Shown: positions 1 to 8,088 of the stretch, piece after piece | Layout of the letters: every line of letters begins with the position of its first letter | Numbering within the stretch: the first letter of the stretch is position 1 | Assembly (NCBI GenBank): GCA_046759765.1 | Contig: JBHICV010000010.1 | Span: forward strand, 1 to 32,603 | DNA length: 32,603 nt | Source: Acidimicrobiia bacterium | GTDB lineage: Bacteria; Actinomycetota; Acidimicrobiia; Spongiisociales; CAZKJJ01 | Direction of reading: 5' to 3' | The notes under the pieces: generated by a model | What the model saw: only the letters and a program-made list of their open reading frames with translations | Told to the model about the DNA's origin: nothing | Database searches by the model: none | Program-made: the position numbers and the translations under genes

Positions 1-1
1 G

Positions 2-364
2 GCTCACCGCTACGTCGCCGAGGGACGTTGCCGGGTCTACTCCCCCGAGTTCGCTCACGGCGCAGGTGATCTCGCCGGCCGGGTGGACGGATTTGTTTGG
101 GCAGGGGAGGGCTCCCTGGTGGAGGAAGGGGCGATCGTGAGCGAATCGGTGGTGCTTCCCGGTGCGGTCATTCGCTCGAGCGCGGTCGTCAGAGATTCGG
201 TGATCGGTTGGGGAGGTGAGGTCCGAGAGGGAGCAGAGGTCACCGACGAGTCGATCGTCGGCGAGCAGGCTGTCGTGGGTGAGGGATGTGAGGTCAGAGG
301 CCTGAGGGTGGCCCCCGGCGCGGTTCTCTCGGAGCGGGCCATCACCGTTAGGCCTCCCGCGTGA
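2..364 (+). CDS. C-terminal part of an NDP-sugar synthase / mannose-1-phosphate guanylyltransferase-like protein (5' end outside window)
   Basis: Frame is open from base 2. It encodes left-handed beta-helix hexapeptide repeats (SVVLPGAVIRSSAVVRDSVIG...). GTGA overlap with the epimerase; manB and PMI are nearby. Confidence 0.75.
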   Translation, partial: AHRYVAEGRCRVYSPEFAHGAGDLAGRVDGFVWAGEGSLVEEGAIVSESVVLPGAVIRSSAVVRDSVIGWGGEVREGAEVTDESIVGEQAVVGEGCEVRGLRVAPGAVLSERAITVRPPA

Positions 365-1296
365 AGGCAATCGTTACCGGTGGCGCCGGATTCATCGGAT
401 CGAACCTGGTTGACCGACTCGTAGACGACGGCTTCTCAGTTCTGGTCATCGACGACCTCTCGACGGGTCACATGAGCCACCTTGCCAATGCACGGCGGCA
501 CGGCGGTCTTTCCTTCCATCAGCTCGACATTCGCTCACAGAAGATCTGGACGGTTTTCGAGCGTTTCGAGCCCGAGGTCGTGTTCCACCTGGCAGCGCAG
601 GCCGGGGTGCGGCCGTCCGTTGAAGATCCCCTTTACGACGCCGACGTCAATGTGCTCGGCACTCTCAACGTCCTGGAAGGTGCGCGTCGGTCGGGAGCGA
701 GCAGGGTCGTATTCGCTTCCTCGGGAGGTGCAATCTACGGCGACGGCGGCAAGCTTCCGGCGCAAGAGGGCTACGCGCAGCATCCCGATTCGCCCTACGG
801 GATCTCGAAGAGAGCCGTGGCCGACTACTTCCGCTTCTATAAGTCGTCCTACGACATCTCCTTTGTGCTGTTGGCCCTCGCCAACGTCTACGGACCAAGA
901 CAGGACCCGTACGGCGAAGCCGGAGTCGTGGCGATCTTCAGCAGGGCGATGTTGGATGGGCGACGTCCGAGCATCTTTGGCGATGGCACCCAAACCCGCG
1001 ACTACGTATTCATCGACGACGTGGTTGATGCTTTCGCCCGCGCTATGAACCTGGGCGACGGCCTCCTGTTCAACATTGGCACGGGAGTCGAAACCTCGGT
1101 CGTTGACTTGTACGACCTGGTTGCTCGTCACTGCAAGTTCAGCCAGCCGCCGATGTACGACGAGCCGAAACCCGGTGACCTCCAGCGCTCCGTAGTGGAC
1201 CCGTCGCGAGCGGCCCGCCATCTCGGCTGGAAGGCTTGGACCACCCTCGACGACGGTATTCGGCAGACGGTGGATTGGTTTCGGGAAGAGAAGTAG
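361..1296 (+). CDS. NAD-dependent epimerase/dehydratase (UDP-glucose 4-epimerase-like, extended SDR)
   Basis: TGGAGFIG Rossmann motif, HLAAQ, YGISK (YxxxK), NVYGPRQ, GDGTQTRDYV. Confidence 0.92.
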   Translation: MKAIVTGGAGFIGSNLVDRLVDDGFSVLVIDDLSTGHMSHLANARRHGGLSFHQLDIRSQKIWTVFERFEPEVVFHLAAQAGVRPSVEDPLYDADVNVLGTLNVLEGARRSGASRVVFASSGGAIYGDGGKLPAQEGYAQHPDSPYGISKRAVADYFRFYKSSYDISFVLLALANVYGPRQDPYGEAGVVAIFSRAMLDGRRPSIFGDGTQTRDYVFIDDVVDAFARAMNLGDGLLFNIGTGVETSVVDLYDLVARHCKFSQPPMYDEPKPGDLQRSVVDPSRAARHLGWKAWTTLDDGIRQTVDWFREEK

Positions 1297-1300
1297 CTGC

Positions 1301-1338
1301 GAGTTCCCCCGATGCGGAAGCTCCGGGCGGCGAAGCCG
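1301..1338. terminator. Hairpins between convergent epimerase and cofE; possible terminator
   Basis: GAGTTCC...GGAAGCTC stem and CGGC-GAA-GCCG hairpin in the 54-bp convergent gap. No U-tract. Confidence 0.3.
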
Positions 1339-1350
1339 AACGATCAGCTA

Positions 1351-2049
1351 CTAACGAAAGAGATCTTCCGAGGGGGGTCTTAGCACTTCCCGTATGGATC
1401 CCTCGCCATCGGGCAGCTCCAGCCCTCGCACGATCGCAGCTGGAACACCGCTGGCCTTGCCCATCACGAGATCGGCTGCCGCCGCGATCTCGTCGACGAC
1501 CGCAATCTCGGCGGCCTCGAGCAACCGCCCGAATGTATCCGGTGTGCCACGAAGGTCGAGTATGGCCGGCAGACCGGATACGCCGATCGCCACATCGACC
1601 AGCCCGCGGCGCCAGGGTCGCCCGAACGTGTCCGTGATCACAACAGCCAGGCTGACGCCGTGTCGACGTTCAAGTGCCGTCCGGAGCCGGCGTGCGGAGC
1701 GATCCGGATCGCGGGGTAGCAGGGCTGCGGTTCCCGGCGGCATGTTCGAGCGGTCGACACCGGCGTTGGCGCAGATGAATCCGTGGCGCGTGATCGCGAT
1801 CGTGAGCTCGTCCCGGCGGCGCAGAATTGACGCGGCTTCCGTTTCAACTAACTGGCGATAGGAAGCTTCCGAGTCGATCGTCGCCACCGCGCCCTCGGCC
1901 TTGGAGACGATCTTGTGGGTGACGACGAGGATATCGTCGTCTTCGAGCTCGATCTCAGCCGCGGCCAGGGCCTCGGAAATCACGGCGGCTATGTCGCTGC
2001 CCTCCCCGACCTCGTTGATTCCCTGCACCGGGAGGATTTCGAGCGTCAC
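1351..2049 (-). CDS. cofE: Coenzyme F420-0:L-glutamate ligase (single-domain CofE)
   Basis: DILVVTHKIVSKAEG, CANAGVDRSN, TDTFGRPWRRG, DEIAAAADLVMGK motifs. Start placed at GTG 2049 (GTGA overlap with the cofD stop) rather than the ORF-track 2067. Confidence 0.93.
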   Translation of the reverse strand: MTLEILPVQGINEVGEGSDIAAVISEALAAAEIELEDDDILVVTHKIVSKAEGAVATIDSEASYRQLVETEAASILRRRDELTIAITRHGFICANAGVDRSNMPPGTAALLPRDPDRSARRLRTALERRHGVSLAVVITDTFGRPWRRGLVDVAIGVSGLPAILDLRGTPDTFGRLLEAAEIAVVDEIAAAADLVMGKASGVPAAIVRGLELPDGEGSIREVLRPPSEDLFR

Positions 2050-2984
2050 GCCAGCTCGGCCAGCCATGACCCAAATCGAGCGGCCGGCTCGGTCGCGGCG
2101 ATCCGTGTATCGGCTACATGGACCCTGAGGCGGTTGCTAGAGATCCGGTCCGCATCGGCGGCGTCATCGGTATCGATCACGAAGTCCGAGAGAATGTCCT
2201 CGTAGGCGGCCGCCACTCCTTCGTTCCCGGGGGGGAACCCGAGCGATTCCAGCACGCGATCGGCGGGCCCCTTGAGCGCCTTTCCTCCGAAGAGCGGGCT
2301 GATAGCCATGACTCGGGGTGCAGCTTCGACCGCGAGGGCGATATCGGGAACTGCCAGCACCGGCCAGATCGATAGGGGAGGGTTGGACGGTCCGATGACG
2401 ACGAGGTCTGCAGTCCTGATCGCATGTTCGACCCCCGGAGCCGCGGCGGCCTTGGCCGCCCCGTCGAAGCGGACGTTTGTGACCCGGTCCCGGTGTCGGC
2501 GGGCGACGAAGTAATCCTGGAAGGCCAGCCAGCCATCGTCAGTCTTGACCTTGGTGCGGATTGGTTCGTTGGAAGCGGGCAGAATCACAGTACCGACGCC
2601 GAAGGATTTCCTGAGCTGATCGGTCACGACGGACAGGGTCAGTCCCTTGCGGAGCTGCATTGTGCGGCAGAGGTGAACGGCAAAGTCGAGATCTCCTATT
2701 CGGAATTCCGTGTCGATTCCGAAGGCGGCCAGGCGGTCTAGAACCCGGAACGTATCGCCTCTGACGCCCCATCCGTCTGGTCCTTCGGCTCCCGCCAGTG
2801 TGTAGAGAACCGTGTCGAGGTCAGGCGAGATGCAGAGCCCGTAGATCTCGTCGTCGTCTCCCACATTGACCACTACGGTCAGATCGACGGTCTGAATCTG
2901 GGCTAGGCCGCGTGCCAATCTCGCACCGCCGACACCGCCCGACAGAAGCGCGATTCGGCGCTTCTGAAGATTGCCTTCAATCAC
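2046..2984 (-). CDS. cofD: 2-phospho-L-lactate transferase (CofD/FbiA)
   Basis: LSGGVGGARL, VNVGDD, SPDLDTVLYTL, FQDYFV, GPSNPPLSI, KGPAD motifs. Exact start is uncertain (GTG 2984 chosen). Confidence 0.93.
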   Translation of the reverse strand: MIEGNLQKRRIALLSGGVGGARLARGLAQIQTVDLTVVVNVGDDDEIYGLCISPDLDTVLYTLAGAEGPDGWGVRGDTFRVLDRLAAFGIDTEFRIGDLDFAVHLCRTMQLRKGLTLSVVTDQLRKSFGVGTVILPASNEPIRTKVKTDDGWLAFQDYFVARRHRDRVTNVRFDGAAKAAAAPGVEHAIRTADLVVIGPSNPPLSIWPVLAVPDIALAVEAAPRVMAISPLFGGKALKGPADRVLESLGFPPGNEGVAAAYEDILSDFVIDTDDAADADRISSNRLRVHVADTRIAATEPAARFGSWLAELA

Positions 2985-3008
2985 AGCCAACCCCACAATG
3001 TGTTCCAC

Positions 3009-5792
3009 ATGTCGGTCATCCAGCGTCCTTCTGACGCGCCCCCAACCGAGCTAACGGTGGCCGCCGTTCTGCGAGCTGTCGACGGGCGGCACCTCGCGGC
3101 GGCGCTCGAGGCGCTCGCCGCGCAAGGATACGAGCTGGCCGCGACCTACGTCGTTGGAGGCCCGGACGAGGCACGTCGCCTGGCGGAGGAGCGGGACGCC
3201 GCCTGGCTTCCGACACAGAGCGACGTCATCGCCGCTATCGGTGACGAGGTGTCGCATGTGTGGTTCCTTCATGAGGACGCGCTGCCGCAGCCGGATGCTC
3301 TGGCGGCCCTGGCGGCCGAGCTTGCCCGCGTAGACGCCTCGGTGGCGGGATCGAAGGTCATCAAGCCCGGGTCTCAGAGACAGCTCGAATCGGTTGGTTC
3401 AGCTACGGACGTTCTCGCTCACCCGTATCTGGGATTGGAGGTGGACGAGGTCGATCAGGGCCAGCACGACATCGTTCGGGACGTCTCGTTCGTCTCAGGT
3501 GTCTCGCTGCTTGCCAGAAGGGACCTGCTGAAGGGTCTCGGCGGCCCGGATCCGATCATGGCGCCCGAAGCGGCGGCGATCGACCTCTGCTGGCGAGCTC
3601 GCGCTTCAGGGGGGAGAGTCGTAATCGTTCCTTCTTCAGAGGTGATTCACGCCGGCGAGATCCGAGACGGCGTGCCTCGTTGGAGAGAGCAGGCCGGCCG
3701 AGTCAGGGTCATGCTCAAGAACTACTCGTTGCTGACACTCGCCTGGGTCGTGATCGCCGCGTTCTTCGTCGAGCTCGGAACCTCTGTAGTAAGAACCTTC
3801 TTCGATCGCCGTCTGGGTCTCGTCGACCTTGCACGAGCCTGGATCTGGAATCTCGTGCACTTTCCATCCGTCATATCTGCCCGGAGCAAGCTTCGTCGAG
3901 CGAGGGCGGTCGGGGATGAAGAGCAATTCCGTTACCAGGTGCGAGGGTCGGTCGAGCTGCAAGAGACCGGCGGTTTGATAACTAATCGTCTCAGACGGAG
4001 CGCAGAGGATCGCCAAGTACTTCCAGCTGATCCTGCTCAGGCAGGCCAACTAGCCGGCCCTCCCTATATCGGAGCTCTCGTAGTCGGTTCGCTGTTCTTG
4101 ATCGCCTCGACCTGGTCGATTCTCGTCAACGGAGTACCGGTTGTCGGCTTCACGCTCCCGGTTTCAGACAGTGCGGGAGTAACGTTCGACTCCTGGGCCG
4201 GCGGCTGGAACCCGGCCGGCCTCGGTTCGGCGCAACCACTCCATCCCGCCGTGGCCGCGACGGCGCTGCTGAACGCGCTTCTGCTTTCTTCATCGCTAGC
4301 CACGACCGCCATCACCGTGGCTGCGGTAGGGGCCGCGCTCTTCGGCACTACGCGAGTGCTGTGGCGCTTAGGGGCGGCTCCGTTCAGCCGGTATGCAGCA
4401 GGTGCGGCCGTCGCAGCTGGGCCCGCCGCGGTTGGGCTCACATCGGCGGGATATTGGCCTGGACTCTTGGCCGTGGCAGCCGCGCCGTGGGCCTTGGCCG
4501 CGCTGCTCTCGCCGTGGCCGTCGTCGTGGAGGAAGCGGCTTGGCTGGGGCGCCACGGCAACGCTTCTCATAGGTTTGATGGCCGCGTTTGCTCCGTTGGC
4601 CGCGCCCATTCCTTTCTTGGCGCTTGTGGGGTGGGCGCTGTTCGGGCCGGGGCGCTGGCGGTCCGTTGCACATGCAATTCTCCCGACCATCCTCGCTCTC
4701 TTTCTTCTCCACCCTTGGCTGACGACGGTGTCGACGGCGCAACTCCTTGGAGATGGCGTCTTCGAGTTCTGGGAGCCCTCTGTGATGCTGATGGCGGCCC
4801 TGGCTGGAGCGGTGCTCATCACGATCCTGATCGGCGACGTGTGGGCGGCCGGGCTGGCGGCAGCCGGCGGCGTGCTCGTTGCCACCGGGACAGTGCTGGC
4901 ACGAGCGACGCAGGCCGGGGCCGGACGCGAGCTCGCCGTGGCCGGCCTGGTGGCAGCCGCGCTTGGGAGTGGCCTCGCGGTAGGCGCCGCACTCGAGTCC
5001 CCGCGCCGGCTCGAAACAGCCCGGCTATGGCGGAAGCTATTGGCGTGGACGGCGGCGGTGGGCGGGCTTTTGCTGATCGGGTCGGCTCTGCTCGTCGTAC
5101 CGGACGGCCGGATCGGCCTACCCGAGGACCAGTTGGGCGACCGGCTTGCGTTCACGGTTAATCGAGCCGATCCCCACGGACCGGACCGCATCTTGCTGGT
5201 GGGCCCCACGGGAACTCTGCCCGGTGAGTACCGCAACGGACCTGGATTTACCTATCGGGTCGTGTCGGCCCCCGTGCCACCCCTCGACGAAGCGTGGCTC
5301 CATGATCCCCTCCCAGGCGACGAAGCTCTGGCAGGGACGCTGGAGAGGCTCATGACCGAGGACGAGGTCAGGCCCGGCGAGGCCCTGGCGCCGTTCGGGA
5401 TTCGCTGGGTTGTCCTCACCGGCCGGACCCCCTTCGACGCTGCTATGGCCTCGCAGCTCGACTTGAGACCGCTCTCTCTGCCCGGCTACCGGGTCTTCGA
5501 GAACGAGCTTCCCAGCCCCAGGGCCGTCTCCGGCGAGGAGGCTTGGGAGCGAGTAGGAACCGGCTACGAAGGCTCCGTGACGGGGCGCCGCGTGTATGTG
5601 GCGGAGAACGCCGATGCTCGTTGGGAGCCGGACCGGTCGGCATCAGGGTGGGCGAATGAGGTGTCGGCTGCTTTGGGCAGTGCTCGCTTCGGTGGCGCGA
5701 CCGAGCTGAGGAACATCGCGCTGGCAACCGCGGCCTACGCAGTTGCTTTGGTCGTGGTGGCGCTGTTCGGCCGTGCCTGGAGGCGGGAGTGA
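3009..5792 (+). CDS. GT2 glycosyltransferase fused to a large multi-pass membrane domain
   Basis: N-terminal GT2 (WFLHED, EVDQGQHD, DLCWRARASGGRV), then many TM helices and a C-terminal extracytoplasmic domain with an anchor. Usual actinobacterial position upstream of DUF5719. Confidence 0.82.
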   Translation: MSVIQRPSDAPPTELTVAAVLRAVDGRHLAAALEALAAQGYELAATYVVGGPDEARRLAEERDAAWLPTQSDVIAAIGDEVSHVWFLHEDALPQPDALAALAAELARVDASVAGSKVIKPGSQRQLESVGSATDVLAHPYLGLEVDEVDQGQHDIVRDVSFVSGVSLLARRDLLKGLGGPDPIMAPEAAAIDLCWRARASGGRVVIVPSSEVIHAGEIRDGVPRWREQAGRVRVMLKNYSLLTLAWVVIAAFFVELGTSVVRTFFDRRLGLVDLARAWIWNLVHFPSVISARSKLRRARAVGDEEQFRYQVRGSVELQETGGLITNRLRRSAEDRQVLPADPAQAGQLAGPPYIGALVVGSLFLIASTWSILVNGVPVVGFTLPVSDSAGVTFDSWAGGWNPAGLGSAQPLHPAVAATALLNALLLSSSLATTAITVAAVGAALFGTTRVLWRLGAAPFSRYAAGAAVAAGPAAVGLTSAGYWPGLLAVAAAPWALAALLSPWPSSWRKRLGWGATATLLIGLMAAFAPLAAPIPFLALVGWALFGPGRWRSVAHAILPTILALFLLHPWLTTVSTAQLLGDGVFEFWEPSVMLMAALAGAVLITILIGDVWAAGLAAAGGVLVATGTVLARATQAGAGRELAVAGLVAAALGSGLAVGAALESPRRLETARLWRKLLAWTAAVGGLLLIGSALLVVPDGRIGLPEDQLGDRLAFTVNRADPHGPDRILLVGPTGTLPGEYRNGPGFTYRVVSAPVPPLDEAWLHDPLPGDEALAGTLERLMTEDEVRPGEALAPFGIRWVVLTGRTPFDAAMASQLDLRPLSLPGYRVFENELPSPRAVSGEEAWERVGTGYEGSVTGRRVYVAENADARWEPDRSASGWANEVSAALGSARFGGATELRNIALATAAYAVALVVVALFGRAWRRE

Positions 5793-7141
5793 AACGAGCG
5801 TTAGCGCTTCTCGTGATCGGCCTGCTCGGAGTTCTGGCCTGGACGGCACCCTCACCGCCTCCGCCGGAGGCGGTGGCACCGATGACGACTACAACGGTTC
5901 CCGAACTGGAAACCGCGGCCGGCTTCTCGAGCTGCCCGTGGGCCGTTGCCTCGGATGACGAGGAGACGTACTTCGGACTGGTCACGCTGCCGCCCAACGC
6001 CGTTCTGCTCAGCTTCCCTCTATCCGGGGACGTGAGGGCGACGGTCGAAGAAGCGCTGCCGGGCCCCGGAGCTACATCCGTGCGGCTCGGCCAGTCGCTC
6101 GCACAAGGGTTGGCTCCCGCGACCATCGAGTTCTCCAATGCGCCCGCCGCTTCCAATGCGCTGGTAACCGGTCCGGCACGGCTGGCAGGGACCATATGTC
6201 CCTCCTCGACGCCCAAGGTATGGCATCTGCCGGGGGGCTCGACCGAAGCAGGGAACCAGCTCATCCTCCAGCTGTACAACCCCTTCTCGGAAGATGCCAA
6301 CGTCACCGTCACCGCATACTCGGACTTGGGACCAGAGCCGGCCCCCGAGCTCGAAGCGCTCAGAGTGTCGGCAAGGTCATGGCGATCCTTCGATCTCCAC
6401 AATGAGTTCCCGGCTCGAGAGATGCTGGGGATGGTGGTAGAGGCTTCGCAGGGCAACGTCGTTCCGGCCCTCATCATGGACGTGGAGGCGGCAGGGGAGG
6501 CCATCTGGCCGGGCCTGGGTCAAGCCGAGATCTGGGAGCTTCCCGTTGTCCGCATTGGTGGACTCCAGAGCGAAGTGATAGTGGCCAACGACGGCACGGA
6601 TCCCGTCACATATGAGGTCGACCTCATTTCGGAGGAAGGCACGGAATTCGCGGTCGCGACGCGCTCAGTTGATCCACTCACCCAGGATCGTGTCCCACTA
6701 GTGGATCTCGCCGAGGGGACTTTTGGGGTGAGGGTGCGCGCAGACGGACCCGTGGCCGTCCTGGCCCGAGCCAGGGGGCAGAAGGGGTTCGCCGTCGTTC
6801 CTGGGGCCGCGGTTGCCGCTCCGCAGTGGCTTCTGCCCGGCTTCGGCACCCACCCGGACGCCTCTTACCAGGCTTGGATAATCAACCCCGACGCGAGTTC
6901 GTTGACGGTCACGCTCAGCACCGTGTCGGCCAGCGGGCCCGGAGCGGCCCCCGACAAGGTGGCCGTACCTGCCGAGGCAATCCGATCGGTGACCGTCGAC
7001 CGACTCCAGATGTTCGGCTTGCTTGCAGAAGCACCCGGGCCGTTCTCGATTGCCTGGTCGGCCGAGCTTCCGGACGGAGGCGTGGCCTTTGTCGAGGCGG
7101 TGCCGGTTCTCACGAGATCTCCCGCGGGATCTCAACCTTGA
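5789..7141 (+). CDS. Secreted/anchored DUF5719-family protein
   Basis: N-terminal hydrophobic signal, repeated beta-rich units (WHLPGGST...LQLYNP, WELP...IVAND, WLLPG...WIINP). GTGA overlap with the GT2 gene. Confidence 0.75.
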   Translation: MKRALALLVIGLLGVLAWTAPSPPPPEAVAPMTTTTVPELETAAGFSSCPWAVASDDEETYFGLVTLPPNAVLLSFPLSGDVRATVEEALPGPGATSVRLGQSLAQGLAPATIEFSNAPAASNALVTGPARLAGTICPSSTPKVWHLPGGSTEAGNQLILQLYNPFSEDANVTVTAYSDLGPEPAPELEALRVSARSWRSFDLHNEFPAREMLGMVVEASQGNVVPALIMDVEAAGEAIWPGLGQAEIWELPVVRIGGLQSEVIVANDGTDPVTYEVDLISEEGTEFAVATRSVDPLTQDRVPLVDLAEGTFGVRVRADGPVAVLARARGQKGFAVVPGAAVAAPQWLLPGFGTHPDASYQAWIINPDASSLTVTLSTVSASGPGAAPDKVAVPAEAIRSVTVDRLQMFGLLAEAPGPFSIAWSAELPDGGVAFVEAVPVLTRSPAGSQP

Positions 7142-7315
7142 GTTGAGGGTTACGAGGAATAGGAAGGGGCCGAGCGCTTGACCAGGCATTTCGACCGGGC
7201 ATGAACCCTCGAGCGGGCCTCGAATGACAAAATCGTCTTAGGCGCGAATCTGTGCCTAAGAACCGCTCAGCGGCGGATGCTTGGCCCGAGGTCATCGCGG
7301 GCGTATCGTGGCCGC

Positions 7316-7540
7316 ATGTTCGAGGCGTGTGTGCGATGCGGTGCTGCTGCGCTGGCTGTGATGTCATATAGCTACCCGGCGCGGGCGGTGTGGCTCGACG
7401 ACTTAGCCGGATCCGTGGAGCCGGGCAGCGACTACGCACTGTGCGGAGCCCACGCCGACAGTCTCTCGCCACCAATGGGTTGGACCCTGGCCGACCGGAG
7501 GACCTCGGTTCGTCTCTTTGCCCCTCTCGAGGTGGCCTGA
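7316..7540 (+). CDS. DUF3499-family small protein
   Basis: CVRC...AVMSYSY...VWLDDL...YALCGAHADSLSPPMGW pattern. ATG 7316 lies 6 nt after a TATCGT -10 hexamer. Confidence 0.82.
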   Translation: MFEACVRCGAAALAVMSYSYPARAVWLDDLAGSVEPGSDYALCGAHADSLSPPMGWTLADRRTSVRLFAPLEVA

Positions 7541-7551
7541 AGGCCGGGCTG

Positions 7552-7848
7552 TTGCCGCTGGACCAGGACTTCATTGCTTCGGTACGCGAGCTCGATGAGC
7601 ACGACCTTCGGCGTCTGCTGATCCTGGCGCAGGCTCGACTCGAAGCCGCGGGGGTGCTCGACGTTGGCAATTCGCCCAGAGTGTCGCTCCGGCAGAAGTG
7701 GGTTCGGTGTGGCAAGCCGCCCTGCGGCGGCTGTCCGCACGGACCCTATTGGTATGCCTACTGGCAGGAGGACGGCCGACGGCGGTCACGATACGTGGGC
7801 CGTCTCGGGGACGTTGAGATCCAAGGTGCGGAAGGGGCTCGCCGTTAG
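7552..7848 (+). CDS. Small Cys/His protein, DUF6788-like
   Basis: VRCGKPPCGGCPHGPYWYAYWQEDGRRRSRYVG pattern. Start is uncertain (TTG 7552 or CTG 7537); the ORF-track start 7390 overlaps DUF3499. Confidence 0.68.
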   Translation: MPLDQDFIASVRELDEHDLRRLLILAQARLEAAGVLDVGNSPRVSLRQKWVRCGKPPCGGCPHGPYWYAYWQEDGRRRSRYVGRLGDVEIQGAEGARR

Positions 7849-7880
7849 TGTGATCCGACCGGGTTGAAGGATTAGAGAGT

Positions 7881-8057
7881 ATGGAGTGTCCTACCTGCGG
7901 AGCCGACGAGGTGATCGAGATCCGACAGAAGCTCGCCGACGGAACCGAGCTTCAGTTCTGTTCCTGCCACCGGTGTGATCAGAAGTGGTGGGATCGTGAC
8001 GGCGAGCAGCTCGAGCTTTCGGATGTCCTCCGCCTGACCCGCGAAGCGGGCTCCTGA
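7881..8057 (+). CDS. 58-aa putative zinc-ribbon protein (not in ORF track)
   Basis: Translated by hand: MECPTCGADEVIEIRQKLADGTELQFCSCHRCDQKWWDRDGEQLELSDVLRLTREAGS. It has CxxC...CxCxxC and fills the gap between flanking genes. Confidence 0.8.
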   Translation: MECPTCGADEVIEIRQKLADGTELQFCSCHRCDQKWWDRDGEQLELSDVLRLTREAGS

Positions 8058-8088
8058 TTCGGCAGCACTCTCAGTAGTCTTTCCCCCC

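Noticed and set aside
4064..6504. Long minus-strand ORFs (390 aa and 353 aa) and many similar antisense or alternate-frame ORFs across the window
   Set aside because: They lie opposite well-supported genes, are Ala/Ser/Pro/Arg-rich without motifs, and are expected shadows in high-GC DNA.
7238..7259. DtxR/IdeR box (TTAGG...CCTAA)
   Set aside because: Half-site spacing is 12 nt rather than the 9 nt of the 19-bp consensus.
7552..7848. DUF6788-like gene as part of an insertion sequence
   Set aside because: No transposase, terminal inverted repeats or target duplication are visible nearby.
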